From NCBI GenBank assembly GCA_963664115.2, contig CAXWPJ010000002.1, positions 32,001 through 96,000 on the forward strand: DNA of 64,000 bases, written 5' to 3'. Shown in pieces: positions 1 to 10,203 of the stretch. The notes under the pieces are model-generated. The model was given only the letters and a program-made list of their open reading frames with translations, searched no databases and was not told the DNA's origin. The first letter of the stretch is position 1, and the number at the start of each line of letters is the position of its first letter. The DNA is from Terriglobia bacterium (GTDB lineage Bacteria > Acidobacteriota > Terriglobia > 20CM-2-55-15). The position numbers and the translations under genes are program-made.

Positions 1-52
1 AAGACCCAATCAAGATTTGCACTCATAGAGCGCAGCTACAGCAAAGAAGAAT

Positions 53-979
53 TCAGGACGGGTTCATGGAAAGGAGTGCGGCTCCGATGATGCCAGCGTC
101 GTTTCCGAGTTTGGCAATGGTGATGCGGCAGTCCGCATAGGCCTGTGTGTAAGCGCGTTCCCCGGCTTCGACTCTCGCGGATTTTAGCAGGAGCTCTCCA
201 GCGGCGGACAGTCCTCCAGCAATCACGATCACTTCCAGATTGAGCAGGTTGATGAGGTTGGCACACGCGATTCCAAGATAGCGTCCGGCTTCGGAAAAGA
301 CGTCGATGGAGAGCGGATCTCCTTCGAGCGCTGCGTCATGGATGGCTTTTGCTGTTAGCGGGTTCCCCGTGCCATGGAGTGCGGACGATGGTTGGGTGTC
401 CATCTTTCTTCGCGCCAGGGCGACGACTCCTGTGGCCGATGCGATAGTTTCCAGACAGCCGCGCCCACCACAAACGCAGGGAAGGCCTTCCGGGTCGACG
501 ATCATATGGCCTGCCTCGGCCGCATACCCGCTATGCCCGGAATAGGGGCGCCCGTCCAATATCAGCCCCGAGCCGACACCTGTTCCGAGAGTCAGGCACG
601 CCAGGTCCGTAGTTCCCACGCCGGCACCGAAGTTGAATTCTCCCCAGGCGCTCATGTCAGCGTCGTTCCCCCCGACTACGGGCAGAGAGGTTCTTTCCGA
701 CAACCGTGACTCAAGGTTCACTCCGTTGAGGCATGCCAGGTTCGGGGAGAACTCGATGACGCCCGTAAGTTTTGAACGGAGCCCGGGAATACCCAGTCCC
801 ACTCCATGGGCTTGTGCCCCTCGCGCAAGCTCTTCGACAAGCGATCCAAGCATGTCGAGAAGCGCCTCGGCGCTTCGAGTGACTGTGGCTCGATCCACGA
901 CTTTGAGAATTTTGCCGCTGTCATCGACCAGTCCGGCTTTGGTCGTCGTTCCACCGATATCAATACCAATCCCTTGCAT
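53..979 (-). CDS. glk: ROK family glucokinase
   Basis: N-terminal GIDIGGT phosphate loop, NDAD, GTGVGSG and the ROK zinc motif EAGH..CVCGGRGCLE. Confidence 0.9.
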   Translation of the reverse strand: MQGIGIDIGGTTTKAGLVDDSGKILKVVDRATVTRSAEALLDMLGSLVEELARGAQAHGVGLGIPGLRSKLTGVIEFSPNLACLNGVNLESRLSERTSLPVVGGNDADMSAWGEFNFGAGVGTTDLACLTLGTGVGSGLILDGRPYSGHSGYAAEAGHMIVDPEGLPCVCGGRGCLETIASATGVVALARRKMDTQPSSALHGTGNPLTAKAIHDAALEGDPLSIDVFSEAGRYLGIACANLINLLNLEVIVIAGGLSAAGELLLKSARVEAGERAYTQAYADCRITIAKLGNDAGIIGAALLSMNPS

Positions 980-1012
980 CGCGCTTCCATACTACGGGAA
1001 ATCTGAATAATT

Positions 1013-1089
1013 GGGGTCAGAGCCCCTATTTCCGAATTACCACTCGAATCCGATGCTCGCTTTAAATAGGAAATAGGGGCTCTGACCCC
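1013..1089. repeat. REP-like intergenic palindrome
   Basis: Perfect 21-bp inverted repeat GGGGTCAGAGCCCCTATTTCC (1013-1033) / GGAAATAGGGGCTCTGACCCC (1069-1089). Confidence 0.7.
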
Positions 1090-1139
1090 TAATTCCCGAT
1101 TTGTGGCGTACTATCAGACAGTAAGAGGAGGAAAGTCGG

Positions 1140-1586
1140 ATGGGTATCAAGCAAATAGGTGTCGAGGAGGCGCGGAAGGTTATGGAGGCCTCGGGCGAAG
1201 TCGTGTATGTTGACGTTCGAACGCCCCAGGAATTTGAAGAGGGGCACCCGCCCGGCGCTATCAATATTCCGGTGGTGTTCCCCAATCCTGAGTTGGGACA
1301 GATGGAGCCGAATCCGGAGTTCATGAGAGTTGTGGAAGCGCACGTCGGGAAGGATACGCCGGTGGTCGTCGGTTGCAAGATGGGTGGGCGCTCGCAAATG
1401 GCGGCCGATTTGATGAACGGTGCCGGATATGTGGATATTTCCAACATGCAGGGTGGTTTCGGTGGAGCGCGGGATCGCATGAGCGGGGAGATCACAGCGC
1501 CCGGCTGGATACAGATGGAGTTCCCCGTGGAGACGGAAGTGAACGCACAAAACGGCTACGAGGAGCTCAAGAACAGCGCTCTCTAA
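1140..1586 (+). CDS. Rhodanese-like domain protein
   Basis: YVDVRTPQEFEEGHPPGAINIP, active-site CKMGGRS, MQGGF; RBS GAGGAGG. Confidence 0.9.
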   Translation: MGIKQIGVEEARKVMEASGEVVYVDVRTPQEFEEGHPPGAINIPVVFPNPELGQMEPNPEFMRVVEAHVGKDTPVVVGCKMGGRSQMAADLMNGAGYVDISNMQGGFGGARDRMSGEITAPGWIQMEFPVETEVNAQNGYEELKNSAL

Positions 1587-1591
1587 CAGGT

Positions 1592-2797
1592 TTACAACAA
1601 CATGCCTGCGATCGACGCCGTCATGAATGTTGCCATCGTTCCTCCCAACAACGAGCGCAGGCCGAGGCGGGCCAGATCGTCGCGCCTGTCTGGAGCGATT
1701 CCTCCGATCCCGCCGATCATGATGCCGATCGAGCCCAGGTTCGCGAATCCAGCGAGGGCGTAGGTGACGATAACGACTGATCGCGGATCGAGCGCGCCCG
1801 GGGATTCCATGAGCTGCATCAAACTACTGTAGGCGACGAACTCGTTTAAAACTACTTTCTGGCCAAGCAGGCTGCCGACCGTCAGGACATCGTTCCACGG
1901 TACGCCCAGCGTGAACGCAACGGGTGCGAACAGCACCCCGAGAATCTGCTGGAGAGTGATGCCGACGATCCCGAGGATTCCGTTGGCCAGCGCGATAAGC
2001 GCGACGAAAGCGATCAACATGGCCCCCACGTTGAGGGCCAGCCGCAGTCCGTCGGAGGTGCCGCGTGCGATAGCGTCAATAAAATTGACGTTTTCACGGC
2101 CCATTTTGATCTCAACGCGACCGCGGGTCTCAGGGACTTCTGTTTCCGGGTTCAGCAGCTTTGCGATGACCAGTCCGGCCGGTGCCGCCATGACGCTTGC
2201 GGTCAGCAGGTGCCCCGCGTCGACGCCCATCCGCACATATCCGGCCATGACGCTTCCTGCGATCGTGGCCATGCCTCCAGTCATCAGGGCCATCATTTCC
2301 GACTGCGTCATCTTGGGGACAAATGGTTTGATGACCAGCGGCGCCTCGGTCATGCCCATAAATACGTTTGCTGCGGCTGCCAGCGACTCCGCTCCACTGG
2401 TCCGCATTGTCTTTTCCATCACCTTCGCAAAAATGAAGACCACGCGCTGCATGATGCCGAAGTGATACAGGAGAGAAAATAGTGCTGCCGTGAATATTAT
2501 GATCGGTAGAACCTGGAAAGCGATGATCACACCGAAGGCCTCGGTGTCCGAGGCCAGCGGACCGAACATGAAGACAGAACCCGCGTCGGCGAAGCCGAGC
2601 ATCGTTGTTACCCCCCGGCTGATCGAGTCAAACACGATCGCGCCGGGGCTCGTTTTCAAGATGAACAGAGCAAAGCTCAATTGCAGCGCCAGGCCCCATC
2701 CTACGATACGGAAATCGATCGCCTTCCTGTTGGTGGATAGACCGTATGCGGTCCCCAGCATGAGAAGCAGCCCGCCGGCACTGATGATGTTTGTCAT
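1592..2797 (-). CDS. nupC: NupC/CNT family nucleoside:cation symporter
   Basis: Polytopic membrane protein with [38 protein letters not shown] motifs. Confidence 0.9.
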   Translation of the reverse strand: MTNIISAGGLLLMLGTAYGLSTNRKAIDFRIVGWGLALQLSFALFILKTSPGAIVFDSISRGVTTMLGFADAGSVFMFGPLASDTEAFGVIIAFQVLPIIIFTAALFSLLYHFGIMQRVVFIFAKVMEKTMRTSGAESLAAAANVFMGMTEAPLVIKPFVPKMTQSEMMALMTGGMATIAGSVMAGYVRMGVDAGHLLTASVMAAPAGLVIAKLLNPETEVPETRGRVEIKMGRENVNFIDAIARGTSDGLRLALNVGAMLIAFVALIALANGILGIVGITLQQILGVLFAPVAFTLGVPWNDVLTVGSLLGQKVVLNEFVAYSSLMQLMESPGALDPRSVVIVTYALAGFANLGSIGIMIGGIGGIAPDRRDDLARLGLRSLLGGTMATFMTASIAGMLL

Positions 2798-2868
2798 GGT
2801 TCCCTCGCTTGGGGTTTCGAAGCTCGAAAATTATCCGTGGAATATCCCGGGCAGTATAATCGAAAGCT

Positions 2869-3405
2869 ATGGGACCGAGCGTCGGCGGTGTCCTGTTCCA
2901 TGTAGTTAAAGGCGACATAGCCCGGATGGAGACGGACGCGGTCGTGAATGCAGCCAATAATCATTTCTGGATGGGTGGGGGTGTGGCTGGAGCGATCAAG
3001 CACACCGGTGGAGCGAGTATCGAAATCGACGCGATCCGTCAGGGTCCCGTTCCCGTCGGACAGTCTGTGGTAACCAACGGCGGACGCCTCGGTGCCCGTC
3101 ACGTGATTCATGCGGCTGTCATGGGGCAGGATCTGCAGACAAGTGCCAGCGCGATCCACGACGCGACCCGGAGCGCTTTAGAGTGTGTTCATGCCTTAGG
3201 CATAGAGAGCGTCGCCTTCCCGGCGTTCGGGACGGGTGTCGGCGGTTATCCGCCGGCCGATTCGGCACGCGTCATGGTCGATGCGGTGCTCGGCTTTGTT
3301 CGAGGACGAGACGATCTCGAGCTCAGGGAGATTACTTTCGTTCTGTTTTCAGATGAATTGACAGGAGTTTTCAGAGAGACTCTTGTGAGCGCTATAGCGA
3401 TTTAG
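2869..3405 (+). CDS. Macro domain protein (ADP-ribose binding/deacylase, YmdB-like)
   Basis: GDIA, AVVNAAN, GGGVAGAI, VIHAA, AFPAFGTGVGG. Confidence 0.9.
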   Translation: MGPSVGGVLFHVVKGDIARMETDAVVNAANNHFWMGGGVAGAIKHTGGASIEIDAIRQGPVPVGQSVVTNGGRLGARHVIHAAVMGQDLQTSASAIHDATRSALECVHALGIESVAFPAFGTGVGGYPPADSARVMVDAVLGFVRGRDDLELREITFVLFSDELTGVFRETLVSAIAI

Positions 3406-3428
3406 GGCATCAAACGGGGAGTCGAAGC

Positions 3429-3785
3429 ATGTTTTGTCCGACCTGTGGATCTGAATACCTTGAGGGAATCACTGAATGTGCGGACTGCGGTGTTGGCTTG
3501 GTGGCCGAGCTACCGAAGTTTGACGATAACGACGAAGCTCTGAAGATCCTCCGGGTTACGGGACCTACCGAGGCTCCGATGATTAAGGAATTGCTCGAGA
3601 ACAACGGAATTGATTCGATTTTGCAAGGCCAGGCTGCCGCGGCGACGATCCCTGCAGCCGGTGATCTCAACGAAGTCCGTATCTGGGTGGCGGCCTCCGT
3701 CCTGACCCGTGCACACGAATTGATCGAGGCATTTTTTGACGACGACAGCGCGGAACTCGAGGAGAATGCCGGACCCATCGAATAG
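3429..3785 (+). CDS. Zinc-ribbon plus DUF2007-like protein
   Basis: MFCPTCGSEY..CADCGVGL followed by EAPMIKELLENNGIDSIL. Confidence 0.7.
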   Translation: MFCPTCGSEYLEGITECADCGVGLVAELPKFDDNDEALKILRVTGPTEAPMIKELLENNGIDSILQGQAAAATIPAAGDLNEVRIWVAASVLTRAHELIEAFFDDDSAELEENAGPIE

Positions 3786-3826
3786 TCGGTATTGTTCGAG
3801 ACCCACCGAGTATAGGAATATAAGGT

Positions 3827-3961
3827 ATGGATAATTTTACGCTCGCCGTAGTCATAGGAATCGCAGCAATACTTTGCACGCTATTGGGCCTCGTGATCGC
3901 AGACAAGGGCGCACCCGACCCGGTCCAGGATCCCAAGTCTCGAAAGAAGAAGTCGCCATAA
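3827..3961 (+). CDS. Small single-pass membrane protein, 44 aa (below the ORF-track cutoff)
   Basis: MDNFTLAVVIGIAAILCTLLGLVIADKGAPDPVQDPKSRKKKSP: hydrophobic helix then basic tail; AGGA upstream. Confidence 0.55.
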   Translation: MDNFTLAVVIGIAAILCTLLGLVIADKGAPDPVQDPKSRKKKSP

Positions 3962-4273
3962 AGTTGGGTTGTGCCCTGTTGGGGTTTCCGCCGTCGTTTC
4001 ATCTCATGGAGGAGGATCGGACATCGCTGGAGCGGCCCTGTCCCGGTCCTTAGGGGTACGCCGGAGTAGTCGCCTAGCGTCACCGGTCATGGAGTCCCTC
4101 CCGCGGCGCGTTTCTTGTGCAGATTCTTGCCCTCCCGCGGAGTTCACAAGCAAACAGTGAACTTTCCCTCACAACGGACGCCCGGATTGTCGACCTATTG
4201 CTGAAAAATGGTTTACAGTGTCACCGAGCACTGATCGTAATATCGATGGAAATTCCCCGACGGAGGTTTTGAC

Positions 4274-5359
4274 ATGAGGAATGCCCTGAACCCACGAAGA
4301 ACTCTGTTGGCCTGCCTGGCTGTGTTTCTGTTCGGGGCCTCTCTCTCAGCCCAGAGCGACTCCGTGGTCCGGATTATCCAGACCAATTCTGCAGGCACGA
4401 ACGCCCACCTCATCGACCCGGCGACTCACGAGGTCGTGGCTGTAATTGACGGTATTCCGCAGGCACATGCGGCGGTCAATCATCCTGAGGGCTACTACTA
4501 CTACTTCGCGAACGAGCTGGACCATACAATCGATGTGGTGGATACCAAGACGCTCAGACAGGTCATGCACATCCCTCTCAGGGCCAGGCCCAACAAGCTG
4601 GTGATCAACGAAGCGTTGGGGAAAATGTATGTTGGAATTCGCGACGCGCCGTTTGTCGAGGTCATCGACCTGGACTCCCACGAGGTCGTCAAAAGCATCC
4701 CCATGGTCCGGGGCGTGCACAACGTTTACGTGACGGCTGACTATCGATATATCATCGCCGGCCTGGGTGCAACCCCGGCCACCCCCGATGAGCACACGAT
4801 CCAGGTGATCGATGCCAATACCGACGAGGTGGTGTGGGGTGTAGCACTCGATGGCAATCGCGTGCGCCCCATGGCGATCGAAAACAACCCGGACGGCTCC
4901 CCAAAGCGCGTGTTCGCTCAAGGGACCCGGCTTCACGGGTTCTACGTCCTGGATTGGGATGAGCGAAGAGTCGTCGACTTCATCAGTCCGCCTCCCATAC
5001 CACTGTCGAGGAAGAACTTTGATGGCATCCAGGAGGGTACCGGCCATGGCTTACTGGTGCTCCCCGACCAGTCGGCTCTCTGGTATGCCAGCAGACTCGA
5101 CAGCAGCATCTATGGATGGTCTCTACCCGATCTCGAATTTCTCGGGGGCCTGGAAGTCGGACCTTCCCCGCAGTGGCTCACGGCGACACCGGACAGCCGA
5201 TTCTTATATGTCAGCATTGTCGGCAGCATGGAGACGCTGGCAGTAGACCTGGAGACTCAGGAGATCGTCGCACGGATTCCGGTCGGTCACGCGCCCAAGC
5301 GGAACTCGACCCACGTGATCCCGGCAGACCGGGCAGAAATCCTGGGGGTGACACCATGA
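4274..5359 (+). CDS. Secreted YVTN/YncE-type beta-propeller protein
   Basis: Signal peptide; repeated (I/V)DVVD/VIDL blades and IPVG motifs; RBS GGAGG. Confidence 0.8.
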   Translation: MRNALNPRRTLLACLAVFLFGASLSAQSDSVVRIIQTNSAGTNAHLIDPATHEVVAVIDGIPQAHAAVNHPEGYYYYFANELDHTIDVVDTKTLRQVMHIPLRARPNKLVINEALGKMYVGIRDAPFVEVIDLDSHEVVKSIPMVRGVHNVYVTADYRYIIAGLGATPATPDEHTIQVIDANTDEVVWGVALDGNRVRPMAIENNPDGSPKRVFAQGTRLHGFYVLDWDERRVVDFISPPPIPLSRKNFDGIQEGTGHGLLVLPDQSALWYASRLDSSIYGWSLPDLEFLGGLEVGPSPQWLTATPDSRFLYVSIVGSMETLAVDLETQEIVARIPVGHAPKRNSTHVIPADRAEILGVTP

Positions 5360-6285
5360 CCCGGCCGGCTCTAACAATTCGGTTTCGAATGGTGCTGGGA
5401 GTGATGGCCGGTGCCGCCATGCTCACCGCTTTCGACCTTTCTTTCGACCTTGCAGGCAGCTTACGGGCGGCACCGGGCCCCGCGGTGCCGCAGGAAAGGC
5501 CCGCTGACACCCAGGGGACGCTTGACTTCGAGTTCTACAGAGACAACGTGGAGCCGATATTCGTGAAGTCCCGCGGCGACTTCCTGCCTCCCGAGCCCGG
5601 TGACCCTTCATGCGTCATGTGTCACACCTGGCAGACCAACACGCCGCTCAAGCTTGCCCCGCTCGAGGAAGACGGCAATGGCGGAGTCTTTTGGACTGAA
5701 GCACAGTCTCGCAGCAACTTCGAGGTCGTCTCACGTCTGGTGGTGCCTGGTGATCCGGAAAACAGCCGGTTCCTGCGGAAGCCGCTCAGGGCAGGGGCAG
5801 GAGGCACGGTGTCCCACACGGGTGGCAAGTTCTGGACTTCCCAGGACGATCCGGAGTGGCAGGTCGTCGCAGATTGGGTGCGCGCCGGGGCCCGATCGCC
5901 CGACCCGAGCCCGGCCGCCCCGGATGTGGATTTTGAGTTTTTCCGGGCCTGCGTGCAGCCGATTTTCCAGGAACCGCTTTCCGACGGTCTGGCGTGTATC
6001 ACCTGTCATTCCTCGGGTGCGGCGGCCTTCGTCGGGCCCGTCCCCGAAGGACGCAGGTTTTGGAACGAGGAGGAGTCGCGCAGCAATTTTCGGGGTGTGA
6101 TGCGCTTGGTCGCGCCGGGAAACCCGACCCAGAGCCGGCTCTTGATGCATCCGCTTCATCCGGACGGAGGCGGCGATTACGCGCACAACGGCGTTCGGCG
6201 ATGGAGGACTCAAGACGATCCTGAGTGGCAGATGTTGGCGGCATGGGTGCGCGGAGAACGAAGCGGTAACAGCTGTCAGCGGTGA
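5356..6285 (+). CDS. Secreted diheme c-type cytochrome made of two tandem homologous domains
   Basis: ATGA overlap with the upstream gene (true start 5356); CVMCH and CITCH; duplicated DFEF..V.PIF..SRSNF..RLV.PG.P..QDDPEWQ. Confidence 0.75.
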   Translation: MTRPALTIRFRMVLGVMAGAAMLTAFDLSFDLAGSLRAAPGPAVPQERPADTQGTLDFEFYRDNVEPIFVKSRGDFLPPEPGDPSCVMCHTWQTNTPLKLAPLEEDGNGGVFWTEAQSRSNFEVVSRLVVPGDPENSRFLRKPLRAGAGGTVSHTGGKFWTSQDDPEWQVVADWVRAGARSPDPSPAAPDVDFEFFRACVQPIFQEPLSDGLACITCHSSGAAAFVGPVPEGRRFWNEEESRSNFRGVMRLVAPGNPTQSRLLMHPLHPDGGGDYAHNGVRRWRTQDDPEWQMLAAWVRGERSGNSCQR

Positions 6286-6507
6286 GCTCAGATCGAGGTC
6301 CCGGCACCGAAAGTCCGAGCGGGCGACGTCAACCCTCCCGCGCGCTGTGAACGCCACGCATGATGGCTCCGAGCCTTGTCTACCCAACCGCGATCCGCAC
6401 CACGACCATCGTCTTTGCCGGCCCCACATCGGAACTGGAACTTAATCCAATGAGAGTCGATCCAGTCTCGACCCTTGGCTTTAGACTGCCTCCAGGAAGG
6501 GAGTTCC

Positions 6508-6585
6508 GTGTTGCAAACGCCGGCTAAAGTGAACATATCCGATCTCATCGACGAGAACCGGATCGGCGGTTTTCAGATCGAGTAG
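6508..6585 (+). pseudogene. N-terminal fragment of an aromatic-acid-type MFS transporter
   Basis: RBS GGAAGGGAG then LQTPAKVNISDLIDENRIGGFQIE-stop, resembling BenK/PcaK N-termini. Confidence 0.4.
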
Positions 6586-6622
6586 GTGTCAACGTGGGTG
6601 TGCAATCGTCCCCGCGCCTGGG

Positions 6623-8254
6623 TTATTGGATGATTTGCAGAAAATCCTCCCAATCGAGTGGCTGACCGTGGATGGGCACTATAGTATCGACGTCGAGTCC
6701 GAGGCGCTCGACCTGGGCGTAGAGCGCTCGGTTGGCTGGGGTGGCCGTGGTCGGGAGCGGCTCGTAGTTGTCCAGCAGATCGGCTTCGATGATGAGTTTT
6801 TCATCGGGCAAATAGGCCATCAGCATGCCTTCCACATGCTCGAGCGGTTGAACATAGTAAATGTGCATGTTCCGACTGCCGTCGCTTAGCACGTAGTTTT
6901 CCGTTACACGTTCGTATTGGTAACCCTCCGCAAGTTCGGTTGGTGGCCAGAGCGAGAGCATGTCGGGTGCGAGCGTCCGCTGATCGTAATTTAAGACGTC
7001 ACCGGTATAGAAATCGAAGTTCTTCCAGTGTGTGATGATCGTTGCCCCGATGTGCATATAGGTCCGCAGTCCGCCCATGTGGTCGTGGTGCTGGTGCGTG
7101 TTGACGAGATAGCGAATCGGCCGGTCTGGAACAAGGTTCACGATTTCTTCAATGACGGCAAGATTTCGCTTTTCATCGAGCGGTGCCTCGACGACAGCCA
7201 CAAAATCGTCGAATCGAATAGCGACGCTGTTGTGGGAGGCGCCTCCTAACAGGTACACGCCGTCGGCAAGTTCGGTTGTTTCAACGTCGACCGGGAATGT
7301 CGCCTGTTGCACGGATTCGGGAACGCTTACCGGATCGGCACATACATTGGGCCGGATGTCGTTCAATTCGCCGCCGAAAGCGTTATGGCCCGCAGTCACG
7401 CTCTGCGCTCCGAAGTTGTCGTCCCATCCTTCGTGATGGTGCCACCCGGTGGGAAAGCGGACGCCGTCGCCGACGTCGATATAGCTCGCATTGGTGAATT
7501 CGTGTTCATAGTTCATGTCCCCGAGGACGGGGTCAGGAACCCACGTATGAATCCGCTGCAGCATATTTTCGCTGTTTATCGTGGCGTCCACCCGGTATTT
7601 TCCGAGCACTGTGATCGAGACCACCGTCACCTTCTCGGGCGTGGTCGTCGGCCCGTCGCGGCCCATCTCACCGAGCTCCCAGCGCCACACAGCCTTGGGG
7701 TTGGCGCCGGGCAGGGCGGCCGCCTTGAGAAATCCATGGGGGTTGAGCCACAAGTCCAGTTGCCAGCGCTCTGCATCCTCGGGTGAGGCTGCCACCGGAG
7801 AACTGCCCCGTCCGTCGATGTGCCACGCGTAGTTCCCATTGACCACGAATGTCTGGTGCAGGTTCTGTTGCGTCGGTGTTCCACCCACCCAGCCCAGCCC
7901 GTGTTTCCACGATGCCGGGTTGTGCCCCGGCGTCCGGTCGAACTCTTCCTTCATGGTCCCGGTTTGCCAGTTCATGGTGCGCGTGTAGTTCATCAATGGC
8001 TCGCCGCCCGGCCAGTCGACATTCGTGTCGTGCATACGCTGCTGGCCGACGATGTCCGCTGAAGCCGTCCCGGAAATTGTGACGCATCTGAGTCCATCGG
8101 TCCCGATGGCCATGGCTGCCGCTTCAAGAACGGGTCCGGGATCTACATATCCCGGTTCTAACTCTTCGATAGTCGTCTGCAAGGCAGCCGGGGAGGAGCC
8201 GACCATCGCCACGAGAACCACGGAAACAATAAGAACGCCAACTCTGTCGGTCAT
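6623..8254 (-). CDS. Secreted MBL-fold metallo-hydrolase with long N-terminal domain
   Basis: THQHHDHMGG (HxHxDH), H..GMLMAYLP, EADL, VPIHG; start MTDRVG has RBS AAGGAGG. Confidence 0.85.
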   Translation of the reverse strand: MTDRVGVLIVSVVLVAMVGSSPAALQTTIEELEPGYVDPGPVLEAAAMAIGTDGLRCVTISGTASADIVGQQRMHDTNVDWPGGEPLMNYTRTMNWQTGTMKEEFDRTPGHNPASWKHGLGWVGGTPTQQNLHQTFVVNGNYAWHIDGRGSSPVAASPEDAERWQLDLWLNPHGFLKAAALPGANPKAVWRWELGEMGRDGPTTTPEKVTVVSITVLGKYRVDATINSENMLQRIHTWVPDPVLGDMNYEHEFTNASYIDVGDGVRFPTGWHHHEGWDDNFGAQSVTAGHNAFGGELNDIRPNVCADPVSVPESVQQATFPVDVETTELADGVYLLGGASHNSVAIRFDDFVAVVEAPLDEKRNLAVIEEIVNLVPDRPIRYLVNTHQHHDHMGGLRTYMHIGATIITHWKNFDFYTGDVLNYDQRTLAPDMLSLWPPTELAEGYQYERVTENYVLSDGSRNMHIYYVQPLEHVEGMLMAYLPDEKLIIEADLLDNYEPLPTTATPANRALYAQVERLGLDVDTIVPIHGQPLDWEDFLQIIQ

Positions 8255-8270
8255 GCGACCTCCTTCATAT

Positions 8271-9227
8271 CTAACGGTAGGTGATCCCGTCCGGGCCTCG
8301 GCCGACACCGACCTTTCCGGACACTTCCAGCGTGGCGGTGTCGATGACATACACGGCGCTTTCCCCGGCGGATGCCACGTAAGCTTTCGAGCCGTCGTCG
8401 GAGAAGACGATACCCCCGGGGTTATCACCGACCGGAATCATTTTTAGGAGTTCTCGGGATTCGGCGTCATAGACCCAGACATCGTCTGAAGAGGCATTCG
8501 GAATGTAGACCCGCGCCCCGTCCGGACTGAATGCTGCCCTTATCGGCGAATCGCCCGTCGGCATCTGCCCGACGACCTGTCGGCTCTCGGTGTCGACGAC
8601 AGTCACGGTGTTGTCGTTGCGATTTCCGGTCCAGACGTACCTACCGTCCGGCGAGATGGCAATTGCTTCGGCTCCATCGCCCACCCTGATGGCGGCGACC
8701 AGGCTGTAGTCGTTCAAATCCATGACCGAAATCGAATTGGAATCCCGGTTGCTGAAATAGGCCCAACGTCCCGTTACATCGATGACGACCATGTGTGTCC
8801 CTTCTTCAGGCGTATCGATCGATCGCAGTATTTCGTCTGTTTCGGCGTCGATGATGATGATCTTCTGTGTGTTTTCGCTCGTAACCACGGCGATTTCTGC
8901 GTCCGGCGTGAAAGCAATTCCGTGAGGGAATGAAAAGTCAGGGGTCGTGATCGTCTTTGTTTCTCGGCGGGTGGCCAAGTCGACGACGGAAAGGGAATTG
9001 TCCCCGACATTCGCGACGTACGCCTTGTCACCGCCCGGAACGATGGCCAGTTCGTGGGGCTGCGATCCGACGGGGATCGTCGCCACCACCTCCAGCGATG
9101 AGGCGTCGACGATCGACATCGAGGCGGCCTGCTTGTTCAGCACATAGATGCGGTGATCCGATTGCGCCAGGCCACGACCGGCAAACAGAGACAGCACCAA
9201 CGTCAATGTCACGAGGGATTTCTTCAT
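8271..9227 (-). CDS. Secreted YVTN beta-propeller repeat protein
   Basis: Signal peptide MKKSLVTL; repeats of IPVG..PH..A.SPDG..YV.N. Confidence 0.85.
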   Translation of the reverse strand: MKKSLVTLTLVLSLFAGRGLAQSDHRIYVLNKQAASMSIVDASSLEVVATIPVGSQPHELAIVPGGDKAYVANVGDNSLSVVDLATRRETKTITTPDFSFPHGIAFTPDAEIAVVTSENTQKIIIIDAETDEILRSIDTPEEGTHMVVIDVTGRWAYFSNRDSNSISVMDLNDYSLVAAIRVGDGAEAIAISPDGRYVWTGNRNDNTVTVVDTESRQVVGQMPTGDSPIRAAFSPDGARVYIPNASSDDVWVYDAESRELLKMIPVGDNPGGIVFSDDGSKAYVASAGESAVYVIDTATLEVSGKVGVGRGPDGITYR

Positions 9228-9352
9228 GATGTTTTTGCCTTCCAGGAAAAAATTAGATATTTGCGCAAGCATACCCCAGGCCGAGCCGGAACCCTAGCGG
9301 GCCGTGCCGGATGGATGCGACCGAGGGACAGACAATTTGTGAAAAATGCGGG

Positions 9353-9514
9353 TTAGTCCTGTTCAGGCCGTGGGTCGCTGTCATCGGTCTCGGAGAGTCG
9401 TGTCCGCAACTCGTCAATGCGGCGGTCGAGGTCTTTCTGTTTGAGCGACATGCGGATCGTATATAGAAAGAAGATCACGAAGAAAGCGGAATAGGCTGCG
9501 ACTAGCCACGTCAT
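9353..9514 (-). CDS. ccmD: Heme exporter protein CcmD, 53 aa (not in the ORF track)
   Basis: MTWLVAAYSAFFVIFFLYTIRMSLKQKDLDRRIDELRTRLSETDDSDPRPEQD; ATGA overlap with the ccmC stop; AY motif, TM helix, charged tail. Confidence 0.8.
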   Translation of the reverse strand: MTWLVAAYSAFFVIFFLYTIRMSLKQKDLDRRIDELRTRLSETDDSDPRPEQD

Positions 9515-10185
9515 TGTGAAAGCACCACCTGCTCGAAGTATTCGACTTGCTGGCTGCTTCGTTCCACTGCGAGGCGGCGGCGAAGTAGATAGGTGTAGAG
9601 CAGCAAAAGGGACAGAATCGCCCCAAAGAGAACCAGCTGCATGTCGGGATCGAGTCCGGAGCCTTCACCTCCGGCAATGACTGGAGACGGATGTTGCGTT
9701 CTCCACCAGCGAATCGCCATGTAATTGATCGGGACGTCGGCAGCTCCCAGGATTCCGAACGCGGCTTGTAAGGATGCGCGTTTCATGGGATCGGTGACAT
9801 AAGCGCCGAGCATCAGGTAGGAGATGAAGATTAGTGCCAGCAACAACTGCAAGGTCAGTCGCGCGTCCCACGTCCACCAGATCCCCCAGACGGGTTTCGC
9901 CCAGAGCATACCCATGGAAATATTCGTTGCGATAAACAGGATACCGATCTCGGCAGAGCAATAGGCCAGTCGGTCCCACTTTAGCTTTCTGTTATAGAGG
10001 AACATGATGCTGGAGAAGCCCACGACCATGAACGCAAAGTAGGAAATGACTCCTGCGGGCATATGGATGTAAAAAATCCGTTGAACCGTCCCCATGCTGG
10101 CTTCGGTCGGGGCGTATATGAAGGCGCCATAGAAAGTGGCCAGCATTCCTGCCAGCATCGCGAATCCCAATTTGCGATCAGCCAT
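9511..10185 (-). CDS. ccmC: Heme exporter protein CcmC
   Basis: RIFYIHMP, WAKPVWGIWWTWDARLT (WWD domain), WWRTQHP. Confidence 0.95.
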   Translation of the reverse strand: MADRKLGFAMLAGMLATFYGAFIYAPTEASMGTVQRIFYIHMPAGVISYFAFMVVGFSSIMFLYNRKLKWDRLAYCSAEIGILFIATNISMGMLWAKPVWGIWWTWDARLTLQLLLALIFISYLMLGAYVTDPMKRASLQAAFGILGAADVPINYMAIRWWRTQHPSPVIAGGEGSGLDPDMQLVLFGAILSLLLLYTYLLRRRLAVERSSQQVEYFEQVVLSQ

Positions 10186-10203
10186 AATCGAATTCTTCTC
10201 CTC

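Noticed and set aside
3962-4200. ncRNA or riboswitch in the GC-rich intergenic gap
   Set aside because: Only an 11-bp direct repeat (CCCTCCCGCGG) was seen; no recognisable aptamer, promoter-terminator unit or credible ORF.
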